A stretch of 64,000 nt of DNA from an uncultured Clostridia bacterium. Lineage in GTDB: Bacteria > Bacillota > Clostridia > Christensenellales > UBA1242. The notes below the pieces were generated by a model. It was not told the origin of the DNA. It made no database searches and saw nothing but the letters and a program-made list of their open reading frames with translations. The stretch covers positions 55,503-119,502 of the forward strand of contig CANRIT010000003.1 of assembly GCA_947630745.1 (NCBI GenBank). Reading direction: 5' to 3'. Both the position numbers and the translations under genes were made by a program. How positions within the stretch are numbered: position 1 is the first letter of the stretch; each line of letters starts with the position of its first letter. Below, piece by piece: positions 45,114-53,976 of the stretch.

Positions 45114-46145
45114 ATGATTGAAAAATGCAAAAATTGTGGCGGAAAATTGTTTTTTAGCCCAAAAGATAAAGGGGTAAAGTGCGCGAATTGTGCGTCAGTT
45201 TTTCCTATTAAATATAATTATAATTTCACAAAAAAGCCGTTTGAACAGAATGTCGAGCCCAAGGTGGACAAACTTGCCAGCAGTCTAAAAAGCATAAAAT
45301 GCAAAAACTGCGGGGCAAACATAATGCTTAACAAACAGCAAATTCAAGCAAAGTGTCCATACTGCGGCAGCACCACGCTTATCGAAACAAAAACTGGAAA
45401 ATTGATGTACATTGACAGCCTTATTCCGTTTGCAATGACTAAAGAAGAGGCAATCGCCAAATTTAAAGCCAACTTGCTTAAAAAATTTTACGCAAACAAG
45501 CGCGTTTTTGCCAAGTTTAAGGAAGAAGATGTGGTTGGCGCGTACATAAACGCATTTGTGTTTGACCTTATTGCCGATTGCAGTTACGCGGGCGTGTTAA
45601 GTTACACGGTTGAGCACCGCGACAAAGAAGGGCGCACCCAAACCATAACCAAATATAAGGACGTTGCAGGCATACACAACAAGCGCATAAACAACTTGAC
45701 CATTGAATCCGACTCGTACCTTACGCAAGGCGACATGATGCAAATTTTGCCTTTTGATTACGCCTCAGCCGTAACCTTTGAAGACGATTTTTTGCAAGGC
45801 TATGTTATGGAGTATAAGGATAGGTTGTTTAACGATTGCTTTGCCAACGCCGAGCGGATTGTTAAGCGCATTGTTCAGCGCGAAATTTTGCAAAAATACA
45901 ATTGCCAAGATGTTGTAACTTTAACAATAAATGTGTCTTACCCTAAAAAAGAGTACAACTATTGCTTGCTGCCCGTTTACTTTTTCAATTCAACCTACAA
46001 AAACAAGCACTATCGCGTGCTGCTAAACGGGCAAACTGGCAAATTTGGCAAATTCCCAAAAGACGGCTTGCGCATTTTCTTAACCGCACTTTTTGCAAGC
46101 GTGCTTATCGTTGGCATAATATTCCTAATTTGGTTTTTGGTGTAA
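45114..46145 (+). CDS. Double zinc-ribbon protein with C-terminal membrane anchor (343 aa)
   Basis: CKNCGG..CANC and CKNCGA..CPYCGS CxxC pairs, C-terminal TM LRIFLTALFASVLIVGIIFLIWFLV. No family assigned. Confidence 0.6.
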   Translation: MIEKCKNCGGKLFFSPKDKGVKCANCASVFPIKYNYNFTKKPFEQNVEPKVDKLASSLKSIKCKNCGANIMLNKQQIQAKCPYCGSTTLIETKTGKLMYIDSLIPFAMTKEEAIAKFKANLLKKFYANKRVFAKFKEEDVVGAYINAFVFDLIADCSYAGVLSYTVEHRDKEGRTQTITKYKDVAGIHNKRINNLTIESDSYLTQGDMMQILPFDYASAVTFEDDFLQGYVMEYKDRLFNDCFANAERIVKRIVQREILQKYNCQDVVTLTINVSYPKKEYNYCLLPVYFFNSTYKNKHYRVLLNGQTGKFGKFPKDGLRIFLTALFASVLIVGIIFLIWFLV

Positions 46146-46337
46146 AAAAAAGGGCAGGTGAGATTACTGCTCTTTTTTTATGGTTTATTTTGTGGTAGTG
46201 TCTTTTTAAACTGCTTTTTAAAATAAGAAGGATATTTTTAAAGTGATTTTAAAAATAATCAACAATAGCCGACAAAAACTGGCGGAATTTCAACAATTGT
46301 TGTTGTTTTTTTTAATTTTTGGTTTGTTAGCATTATT

Positions 46338-46667
46338 GTGTTTAAGGGGGAAAATATGCAAATTAAATCACGCATTGTTAACAAAACGCTTTACATATTG
46401 CTATCTGGCGAACTTGACGAATATACCGCACCCAAAGTACGCGATGATTTGGACAGGCTTATGGAAACGGAAAAAGGCTTTGTGCAGATAGTTATGGATT
46501 TAAGCGAACTTACTTTTATGGACAGCCTTGGCGTGGGTGTGATGATTGGTCGATACAAAAAAATGAAACAGCTTGACAAGCCAATTTTTATATCCAATCC
46601 AAGCCGTGTTGCCGAACGAATTTTTAAAATGTCTGGGCTGTATGACATCATGCCCAAAATTATATAG
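46338..46667 (+). CDS. spoIIAA: Anti-sigma-F factor antagonist SpoIIAA (STAS domain)
   Basis: 109 aa with the phosphorylatable Ser context FMDSLGVGVMIGRYK. First gene of the spoIIAA-AB-sigF operon. Confidence 0.88.
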   Translation: MFKGENMQIKSRIVNKTLYILLSGELDEYTAPKVRDDLDRLMETEKGFVQIVMDLSELTFMDSLGVGVMIGRYKKMKQLDKPIFISNPSRVAERIFKMSGLYDIMPKII

Positions 46668-46675
46668 GAGGTTAT

Positions 46676-47110
46676 ATGAAAAATAGTATGGAAATAAAAT
46701 TTAAAGCAATTGCGGAAAATGTAAGTTTTGCGCGCAATGTGGTGGCGGCTTTTATTATGCCGCTTAATCCAAGTTTAAACGAGATTAGCGACATAAAAAC
46801 TGCGGTTAGCGAGGCGGTTACAAATGTTATTGTGCATGCCTATCCAAAAGAAGAAAAGGGGCTGGTTACAATAAAGGTTAACACAAAGGATAATTTTGTG
46901 GAAATTAGCGTTATAGATAACGGGGTGGGTATTCAAGATATTGAACGCGCACTTACACCTTTTTACACCAGCAAACCAGACGAAGAGCGTAGCGGCATGG
47001 GGTTTACTGTTATGGAAAGTTTTATGGATAAATTGGAGGTTAAAAACAACAAAAACGACGGGTTGATTGTTGTTATGAGCAAAAATCTAAGCGAAGCAGT
47101 GGGTATGTAG
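46676..47110 (+). CDS. spoIIAB: Anti-sigma-F factor SpoIIAB (serine protein kinase)
   Basis: HATPase N-box SEAVTNVIVHAY and G-boxes DNGVGI, GMGFTVM. 144 aa. Confidence 0.9.
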   Translation: MKNSMEIKFKAIAENVSFARNVVAAFIMPLNPSLNEISDIKTAVSEAVTNVIVHAYPKEEKGLVTIKVNTKDNFVEISVIDNGVGIQDIERALTPFYTSKPDEERSGMGFTVMESFMDKLEVKNNKNDGLIVVMSKNLSEAVGM

Positions 47111-47111
47111 T

Positions 47112-47834
47112 ATGCTGACAAATAGTGAGACCGCAGAACTTATTGAAGAAGCAAAAAAGGGCGACAACTTGGCAAAAGAAAAGCTTATTACCCTAAATTC
47201 TCCACTTATAAAAAGCGTGGTGAAACGATATTTAAACAAGGGAGTGGATTATGACGATTTGTACCAACTTGGCGCGCTTGGGTTTGTTAAGGCAATAAAC
47301 AATTTTGATGCCAAATTCAATGTTAAATTCACCACATACGCCGTGCCTATGATTGCGGGCGAGATTAAGCGTTTTTTGCGTGATGATGGCAGTGTAAAGG
47401 TGTCGCGCAGCATAAAGCATATTTCGATTGAAATTAACAATTTTATTGCAGAATATAATCGCCAGTTTGGCGAAAACCCAACATACGAGCAACTTTCAAA
47501 GCAGTTTAACATGGATAAGACCGAACTTGTTTTTGCTATGGAGGCGGTTAACAAGCCGCTTTCTATTGACGAAAAATTTAGCGATGACGAAGATTCCACC
47601 AGTTTAAAAGATAAGTTGCAAGACAATTTTAACTACGAAAATTATGTGGATAAATTGGCATTGCGTGATATGATTGCTGGGCTTGAAAGGCGGGAAAAAC
47701 AGGTTATAATTATGCGATATTATTTAGATAAAACCCAAAGCGAAATTGCAGCCATTTTGGGCATAAGTCAGGTGCAGGTTAGTAGGATAGAAAACAAGGT
47801 GCTAAAACAGTTAAAGGAGGGGATAATTCAATAG
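47112..47834 (+). CDS. sigF: Sporulation sigma factor F
   Basis: Sigma-70 regions 2-4. Follows spoIIAB with a 1-nt gap. 240 aa. Confidence 0.9.
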   Translation: MLTNSETAELIEEAKKGDNLAKEKLITLNSPLIKSVVKRYLNKGVDYDDLYQLGALGFVKAINNFDAKFNVKFTTYAVPMIAGEIKRFLRDDGSVKVSRSIKHISIEINNFIAEYNRQFGENPTYEQLSKQFNMDKTELVFAMEAVNKPLSIDEKFSDDEDSTSLKDKLQDNFNYENYVDKLALRDMIAGLERREKQVIIMRYYLDKTQSEIAAILGISQVQVSRIENKVLKQLKEGIIQ

Positions 47835-47905
47835 TTTTTATATAAAACATTAAGCAATAGATGTTAAATTAAAACTTTAAATCAATTTTGTATGTTTAAC
47901 ATTAA

Positions 47906-47939
47906 AAACAAAAAATGCAAAACTAATTTTGCATTTTTC
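47906..47939. terminator. Bidirectional terminator between convergent sigF and the lipoprotein gene
   Basis: ATGCAAAA-ctaa-TTTTGCAT, flanked by an A-run and a T-run. Confidence 0.75.
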
Positions 47940-49396
47940 TATTTGCCGATTAAGTTTTTTACGCGTGTTTTAAAATTTTTAATTCTGGCAATTGGAGTGG
48001 GAGTGTCCGCGTTGCGGAAAGTGTCAACATTTTTAATTAATCGCTTTTTTGATTTTTTGTTTGTGTCCGTTTGATTGTTATTTTCATCATTTACAGCGTT
48101 GTTTTCTTCCACAACATTTGGTGTATTATACGCTCTATCTACACCATAATTATTGCCTAGCATGTTGTTGTAACCATAGCCATTAAAGCCGTTTTCCATG
48201 CCATACATTCCATTAAAACCAAAACCATTCATTCCGTTTGCTGTGTTGTAAAAAGTGTCAATGTTGCGCTGCCTTGGATAGAATGTGTCAATATTGCTGT
48301 TTAAAAATTGACCATTTTGATTGTTGTTTTGATTATTTTCACCTTGTTCATTATTGTTGTTTTGTTTATCGTCATTGTTTTGCTGATTTTGTTCATCCGC
48401 TTGATTTTGCTCTTTATTATCAACTTCTAAATTATTTTGTTTACTATCAATGTCCGTTTTTTCAGTGTTTTCTTCATCTTTGTTATCTATTTGTTTATTT
48501 TCTTCTTTATTAATTGTATCTTCTTTATTTTCTAAATTATTGGTTTCTTCGCTTAAATTTGGCTGAATTTCTGTGTTTTCTGCTTTGTTTATCTCGGTCA
48601 GTTTGCCGTCTTTAAGTTCAAATTCCTTATATATTGATGGTTCACCTTCCTTTTGATAGCGGTAGGTTATTTTACCTTCCATATTATTCAATCGATTAGC
48701 GTAAAAGGTCTGATTTATTTGCTCAATCGAATGCAGCCCATTTTCAATCATCTCGTTGCCGTCCACCAAATTGTTTAAAATTACCAAATATTTAAGCGGC
48801 ATAAACCCAATATTTTGGTTCAATTCATCTATATTGTAGTTTAATTTGCTTGTTATATGTGTCAATTGTCGTGATAGTGAGCGCAATTGTTTTGTTTGGT
48901 CGGCAAGCATCATTTTTTGTTCGGAATTTAGTGTAATCTCTTTGTTTTTCACCTTGTTTAGCAAATTTTCCGTTTCGTTTATTGCGTTTATAATCTCGTT
49001 TTTAAGCGCGGTATAACGCTGGCAATTTTCCTTTATATCGGTCGATAGATTATATAGGGTCAAATCATCGATTTCCGCCTTTTCAACCGAACTATCCAGC
49101 TCATCATTTACAATAGGGTTGCCATTTTCATCCAATTTAACAATCGGTTCGCTCAAATTTTTGTCAGTTATTGGCGAAATCTCCAATTTGTAATTATTCA
49201 ATATGTTGTATGGATTGCCACTTGACAACACATCATGTTTATAATTTGTAATACTTTCCTTTAAATCCGCAATGTTGGATTTGTTGTCATTATGGTTTAA
49301 GTTGTTTGAGCAGCCAGTAAGCAAAACACCCGCACCCAAAAGCACAACGGCGGGCAGTATTTTTTTAATTTTTGATGATTTTTTACTATTTTTCAT
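47939..49396 (-). CDS. Lipoprotein (485 aa) with coiled-coil region and Asn/Gln-rich low-complexity C-terminal half
   Basis: Signal peptide with lipobox LLTGC. N/Q/D-rich tract. Three (N/S)(I/V)DTF repeats near the C-terminus. Confidence 0.7.
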   Translation of the reverse strand: MKNSKKSSKIKKILPAVVLLGAGVLLTGCSNNLNHNDNKSNIADLKESITNYKHDVLSSGNPYNILNNYKLEISPITDKNLSEPIVKLDENGNPIVNDELDSSVEKAEIDDLTLYNLSTDIKENCQRYTALKNEIINAINETENLLNKVKNKEITLNSEQKMMLADQTKQLRSLSRQLTHITSKLNYNIDELNQNIGFMPLKYLVILNNLVDGNEMIENGLHSIEQINQTFYANRLNNMEGKITYRYQKEGEPSIYKEFELKDGKLTEINKAENTEIQPNLSEETNNLENKEDTINKEENKQIDNKDEENTEKTDIDSKQNNLEVDNKEQNQADEQNQQNNDDKQNNNNEQGENNQNNNQNGQFLNSNIDTFYPRQRNIDTFYNTANGMNGFGFNGMYGMENGFNGYGYNNMLGNNYGVDRAYNTPNVVEENNAVNDENNNQTDTNKKSKKRLIKNVDTFRNADTPTPIARIKNFKTRVKNLIGK

Positions 49397-49502
49397 ACTT
49401 TTCTCCTTAACTTAGTGTGGCAAAATTATCAAATTTAATGCAATATATCAAATTTTTGTTTTAAAATTTTTAATTTGTATATAATCAAACCAAAGGACGA
49501 TT

Positions 49503-49949
49503 ATGGACAAACAAAAACGAAACGAAAATTACAACATTTATGTGGAAAGCAAAGTGCCAAAAACCAAGGCTTGGCCCTCACTTTTTAAGGCATTTTTAAC
49601 GGGGGGAATAATTTGCGTGATAGGGCAAGGATTTTTTGACCTATACAGCTATCTTTTTCCAAACCTTGCGGAAAGCGAAGTTACCACTTGCATGCTTATG
49701 AGCATAATTTTTTTGACCTGCCTACTTACTGGTTTTGGCATTTATGACGTTATTGGCGCATGGGGTGGCGCAGGCTCGGTTATTCCAATTACTGGCTTTT
49801 CCAACAGCATATCTTCCCCCGCAATTGAATTTAAAAAGGAAGGAATAATTTACGGCATCTGCGTAAAAATGTTTACCATTGCGGGTCCAGTTATTGTGTG
49901 CGGCGTGGTTGGAAGCATAATTTGTGGCATAGTTGGGCTGTTTATTTAG
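49503..49949 (+). CDS. spoVAC: Stage V sporulation protein AC
   Basis: 148 aa, four TM helices, AFLTGGIICVIGQ and GAGSVIPITGF motifs typical of SpoVAC. Followed by spoVAD and spoVAE. Confidence 0.88.
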   Translation: MDKQKRNENYNIYVESKVPKTKAWPSLFKAFLTGGIICVIGQGFFDLYSYLFPNLAESEVTTCMLMSIIFLTCLLTGFGIYDVIGAWGGAGSVIPITGFSNSISSPAIEFKKEGIIYGICVKMFTIAGPVIVCGVVGSIICGIVGLFI

Positions 49950-49956
49950 GGGGATT

Positions 49957-51057
49957 ATGCAAACTATAAAAATGAAAAACAACACCTATCTAACAGAGGG
50001 TTACAGTATTGTTGGACCACTTGAAGGCAAAGGTCCACTTAAAGATTATTTTGATTATATCCTAAAAGACGACACGCTTAAAGAAAAGACGTTTGAAAAG
50101 GCAGAGCGCAAACTTTTGGAAAATATTGTTGCGGGCGCAATTGATAAATCTGGCTTAAAAACCACAGATATTCAATTCTTTTTTGGGGGCGACTTGCTTA
50201 ACCAAATTGTAAGCTCATCTTACACCGCGCGCGAACTTGAAATACCTTTTATTGGGCTATATTCCGCATGTGCCACCATGGCGGAGTCAATTGCGCTGGC
50301 TGCCATTTTTGTGGACAATGGGCTGTGCGAAAACGCGCTTGCTGCCACTTGCACTCACTTTTCCAGCGCGGAAAGGCAATATCGTTTTCCGCTTGAACTT
50401 GGCAACCAACGCGCGCCAACAACTCAGTGGACAATAACGGGCGGCGGGGCAAGCGTGGTGTCAAAGTTAAAAAGCAATGTAAAAATTGTGGCAGTAACTT
50501 TTGGCAAAGTGTTGGATTTTGGCATTATTGATGTAAACAATATGGGGGCAGCAATGGCACCCGCCGCATGCGATACAATACGCGAGCACTTAAAAAACAT
50601 GGGCAGAACAACCAGCGATTACGATTTTATTGCCACGGGTGATTTGGGAAAACTTGGTTGCGAAATTTTGTTTGATTTGCTTGAACAAAACGAAATTGTG
50701 CTTGGCAAAAACTATCAAGATTGCGGTTGCATGATGTATAACAAAAAACAGCGCACTTTTATGGGTGGCAGCGGGGCGGGATGCAGTGCCAGTGTGTTTA
50801 ATGGATATATTTTAAACAAACTAAAAAAGGGCGAGTTTAAACGCGTGCTTTTGGTCAGCACGGGCGCGCTTATGAGCACAACCACAAATCAGCAAGGCGA
50901 CACAATCCCCGCAATTGCGCATGCGGTTGAATTTGAATATGTGGGCAACCAAATCAGCGCAAACAACCTTAAAGCCGCGCAAAATCCCGCACAAAATGCT
51001 AAGTTTTCACAAAACAAAAGCGCAAAATCCAAAGCTAAACACAACACGCGCAAGTAA
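49957..51057 (+). CDS. spoVAD: Stage V sporulation protein AD (thiolase-like fold)
   Basis: ATG 49957 follows AGGGGG. GPLEGKGPL, YSACATMAES (active-site-like Cys) and GGSGAGCSA motifs. Extra Lys/Asn/Gln-rich C-terminal tail. Confidence 0.88.
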   Translation: MQTIKMKNNTYLTEGYSIVGPLEGKGPLKDYFDYILKDDTLKEKTFEKAERKLLENIVAGAIDKSGLKTTDIQFFFGGDLLNQIVSSSYTARELEIPFIGLYSACATMAESIALAAIFVDNGLCENALAATCTHFSSAERQYRFPLELGNQRAPTTQWTITGGGASVVSKLKSNVKIVAVTFGKVLDFGIIDVNNMGAAMAPAACDTIREHLKNMGRTTSDYDFIATGDLGKLGCEILFDLLEQNEIVLGKNYQDCGCMMYNKKQRTFMGGSGAGCSASVFNGYILNKLKKGEFKRVLLVSTGALMSTTTNQQGDTIPAIAHAVEFEYVGNQISANNLKAAQNPAQNAKFSQNKSAKSKAKHNTRK

Positions 51058-51068
51058 AAGGAGATAAA

Positions 51069-51446
51069 ATGATTTCTGTTTGGGACTATGTTATATCGTT
51101 TTTGGTGGGCGGAATTATCTGCTTTTTAGGGCAAATTTTGGTTATTCGCACAAAAATAACCACCGCGCGCATACTGGTGCTGTTTTTGGTTATTGGTATG
51201 GTGCTTGAAGTGTTTAATGTGTACGCGCCGTTTAAAGAATTTGCCAAAGCGGGCGCAAGCGTGCCAATAATAGGATTTGGCGCAAGTTTAGCGCGTGGGG
51301 CGATTTTGGCAACAAAAGAGTACGGCATAATTGGCATTTTTACAGGTGGGTTAACCGCCACCGCGGGTGGAATTTCTATGGCGATTTTTGCCTCGTTTAT
51401 TTTTGCGCTGATATTCAGCAGCAAATCTAAGCGAGGAGGACACTAA
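51069..51446 (+). CDS. spoVAE: Stage V sporulation protein AE (SpoVAEB-type)
   Basis: 125 aa membrane protein, FLVGGIICFLGQ, AGASVPIIGFG. Confidence 0.85.
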   Translation: MISVWDYVISFLVGGIICFLGQILVIRTKITTARILVLFLVIGMVLEVFNVYAPFKEFAKAGASVPIIGFGASLARGAILATKEYGIIGIFTGGLTATAGGISMAIFASFIFALIFSSKSKRGGH

Positions 51447-51467
51447 GAGTTTTATACTCTTTTTTTT
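51445..51467 (+). terminator. Rho-independent terminator after spoVAE
   Basis: AAGAGT-tttat-ACTCTT followed by a T-run. Confidence 0.65.
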
Positions 51468-51520
51468 AAAAATAATTGACAAATAAAAAAGTTGTGCTAT
51501 AATTAAATTAGGAGTGAATT

Positions 51521-52027
51521 ATGGATTTTAACTTAAATGAGTATCAAGCAAACGAGCTTGCTAATCGAATTGTGGAGCAACTAAATAAAGCTGCTAAAAA
51601 GAATGGCAAAGCCTATTCTCCAATTTACGAAACATTTTCTTACAAAATGGACGAAGATTCCGCGCCAGAAATTTCGCTTACCGCAACCGTTTATAGTTAC
51701 GAAGATGATGAAATTAAGGACGCAATTATGCGTACACCTATTGCAATTCTTGTAACCGATTTTGCAATTAGTGTGCTTGTGCATGGGCTGGATGTGGTTG
51801 TTAAGGGCGATGATATGATGTTCTTTAAAATTTACTACCAATTTATGAGCGAGCAGTTTGATAACTATCTTCCAGAATTAAGGAAATATTTAAATCAAAA
51901 GAAGTTTAATTCGTTAAAGGAATATTATAAAGAATTTAGGAAAAAGGAGCGCGAATTGTTGTCTAAGTTTAAAAAATACGATGACGCGCTGTATGAAATT
52001 GAAGGGCAAAATATAAATAAAAATTAG
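51521..52027 (+). CDS. Hypothetical protein (168 aa)
   Basis: Own promoter (TTGACA-17-TGCTATAAT upstream), SD AGGAG. Flanked by two near-identical terminator hairpins. Confidence 0.55.
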   Translation: MDFNLNEYQANELANRIVEQLNKAAKKNGKAYSPIYETFSYKMDEDSAPEISLTATVYSYEDDEIKDAIMRTPIAILVTDFAISVLVHGLDVVVKGDDMMFFKIYYQFMSEQFDNYLPELRKYLNQKKFNSLKEYYKEFRKKERELLSKFKKYDDALYEIEGQNINKN

Positions 52028-52047
52028 AGTTTTACAACTCTTTTTTT
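52026..52047 (+). terminator. Rho-independent terminator, near-duplicate of 51445-51467
   Basis: AGAGT-tttaca-ACTCT followed by T7. Confidence 0.65.
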
Positions 52048-52124
52048 ATGTGGTTTTTATGTAGTTTTGTGTCTAAAAAGTGCTAAAAATATATATTGTT
52101 GCGGGCAAAATAATACAATGTTTT

Positions 52125-52763
52125 ATGGCAAGGTTTAAAAAAAAGTGGATGGCAATTTTTGTTTTTTTGTGTGCGGTTTTGCTTGCATACTACTTTTTTG
52201 TAATTAGCCCGGTTGTAAAAACCTATTCAGCGGCCAAAACCAAGCAGTTGACCGAAAACGCCATGAATTTAGCGGTAAGCACGGTAATAAACCGCACAAT
52301 AAGTTATGATAGTTTGATTGATATAAACTACGCGCCAAATGGCGAAATTACCTCATTTTCCGCCAACCAGTACGAAATAAACAGCATTGCGCGCGAAATT
52401 GTAAACGAAGGCCAAACGCTTATGCGCACGCTTGGGGAGGATGGGCTAAATTTAAACATTGGCACTTTTTCTGGCATGCCGTTTTTAATCGGTCGCGGAC
52501 CGGAAATTAAACTTAAACTTGTGCCAATTGGCATTGTTGCAAGTCGTTTTGACAGCGAGTTTAGCGCGGTGGGCATAAACATGACCAAACACACGCTTTA
52601 TCTATATTTGGATGTGCATGTAAACATTGCGCTGCCTATAAAATCGTACGAGGTGTATTCTACAAGTCAAGTTATGCTTGCCGAAAGTATAATTATTGGT
52701 AAAGTACCAGAAGTGTATTTAAACGGGGGCAGTTTGGGTGAAAGCCTAAATTTAGTGCCATAA
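52125..52763 (+). CDS. yunB: Sporulation protein YunB
   Basis: N-terminal TM, then the YunB-type domain (EINSIAREI..., GTFSGMPFLIGRGPEIKLKLVPIG, LYLDVHVNI). ATG 52125 preferred. Confidence 0.8.
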   Translation: MARFKKKWMAIFVFLCAVLLAYYFFVISPVVKTYSAAKTKQLTENAMNLAVSTVINRTISYDSLIDINYAPNGEITSFSANQYEINSIAREIVNEGQTLMRTLGEDGLNLNIGTFSGMPFLIGRGPEIKLKLVPIGIVASRFDSEFSAVGINMTKHTLYLYLDVHVNIALPIKSYEVYSTSQVMLAESIIIGKVPEVYLNGGSLGESLNLVP

Positions 52764-52825
52764 AGCGTTTAAAAGGAAAATAAGAAAAAAATTTAGCCAA
52801 AATAAGCGCGCGGGCAAAAAACCAT

Positions 52826-52854
52826 TTGTAAAAATATTTGATTTATGGTATACT
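52826..52854 (+). promoter_or_regulatory. Promoter placed for a leaderless transcript (TTGTAA-17-TGgTATACT)
   Basis: TTGTAA at 52826-31, TGGTATACT at 52846-54. ATG 52861 is 6 nt after the -10 box. Confidence 0.55.
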
Positions 52855-52860
52855 AATTGC

Positions 52861-53967
52861 ATGCTATATTTTGACAATGCGTCAACCACAAAAATTAGTG
52901 AGGCTGCTTTAAATAGTTATGTTGAAGCAAGTGAACTTTTTTACAATCCAAGCGCGCTGTATGCTGAGGCGGGTAAGACAAAACAACTGCTGGAAAATGC
53001 GCGCAGTCAAATTTTAAAGCGACTTAAAGCACCCGCAAAGTCAAATTTTATATTTACTGGTTCGGCAACCGAGGCAAACAATGCGGTTATAAACGCGTGT
53101 GTTGCGCGCAAAGATAAAACCTACCTTATTTCAGCGGGCGAGCATAGTTCGGTGTATGCGGCGGCAAAACAGAAAAAGGACGAAGGATATAATGTCAAAT
53201 TTGTTCCGCTGTTAAAAAATGGCGGGGTAGATAAGCAAAAGTTGTTTCAAATGCTTGACGATTCGGTTGCGTTTGTGTCAATAATTCATGTTAGCAACGA
53301 AACGGGCGCAATAAACGACATTGCGGACATTTGCGCACAGATAAAACAATTTAACCCAAACATACTTTTTCACAGCGATGGGGTGCAAGCGGTTGGCAAA
53401 ATGGATGTAAATTTGTCTAAACTTGGGGTGGATTTTTACACCATTTCCGCGCACAAAATATACGGACCAAAAGGGGTGGCGGGTTTGTACATTAAAAACA
53501 CCAACCGATTTAAACCGCTTTTGTTTGGTGGCGGGCAAGAGTTTAATCTTAGGTCGGGCACAGAAAATTTACCCGGGATTTGTGGATTTGTAACCGCGCT
53601 TAAAAATGTCGAAATTCATGATTTTTCTAAGCATAAACAAGCGCTTTTAAATGAAATTAATGAGCCACACATTTTGGTTAGTGACGCTAACTGCGAGGAT
53701 AATATAATATCCATTTGCTTTGAAGGTATGCGCGGTGAAACCATACTTCACATGTTGGAAGAACAAGGGTTTTTAATCGGCACAGGCTCGGCATGTAACA
53801 GCCATGCGGCAGGCAATCGCGTGCTGGAACAGATTGTGCCAAAAAACTATCTATCTGGCGCGGTGCGTATAAGTTTTGGTGCGGAAATTTCGCTTGATGA
53901 CTGCACAAATTTAGGCAAGACGCTAGATGGCGCGGTTAAAACCTACAAATTAAAAACAAAAAGATAA
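52861..53967 (+). CDS. Cysteine desulfurase (class V aminotransferase, NifS/IscS-like), partner of ThiI
   Basis: PLP-lysine motif SAHKIYGPKG, catalytic GSACNS, 368 aa. Immediately upstream of thiI. Confidence 0.88.
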   Translation: MLYFDNASTTKISEAALNSYVEASELFYNPSALYAEAGKTKQLLENARSQILKRLKAPAKSNFIFTGSATEANNAVINACVARKDKTYLISAGEHSSVYAAAKQKKDEGYNVKFVPLLKNGGVDKQKLFQMLDDSVAFVSIIHVSNETGAINDIADICAQIKQFNPNILFHSDGVQAVGKMDVNLSKLGVDFYTISAHKIYGPKGVAGLYIKNTNRFKPLLFGGGQEFNLRSGTENLPGICGFVTALKNVEIHDFSKHKQALLNEINEPHILVSDANCEDNIISICFEGMRGETILHMLEEQGFLIGTGSACNSHAAGNRVLEQIVPKNYLSGAVRISFGAEISLDDCTNLGKTLDGAVKTYKLKTKR

Positions 53968-53976
53968 AGGATAATT

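Noticed and set aside
46205-46300. Possible sigma-H promoter or 0A box for the spoIIA operon (AAGGATAT.., GCCGACAA, GGAATTT).
   Set aside because: The -35-like and -10-like pieces are not at a compatible spacing with each other. Each is a partial match only.
46243-46491. 82-aa ORF overlapping the spoIIAA start.
   Set aside because: It is out of frame with the well-conserved spoIIAA and has a GTG start without an SD. The strong AAGGGGG SD serves ATG 46338.
48100-48520. Repetitive AT/GT-rich DNA that looked like a microsatellite or tandem repeat.
   Set aside because: It is the coding sequence (minus strand) of the Asn/Gln/Asp-rich low-complexity region of the lipoprotein. The reading frame is maintained, and there is no exact DNA-level unit.
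49397-49502. Sigma-G-type promoter for the spoVA operon (CAATATA matches CAHWHTA).
   Set aside because: No GHATR -35 element lies at 17-18 nt upstream. The alternative GTATA has no matching -10. The region is left unannotated.
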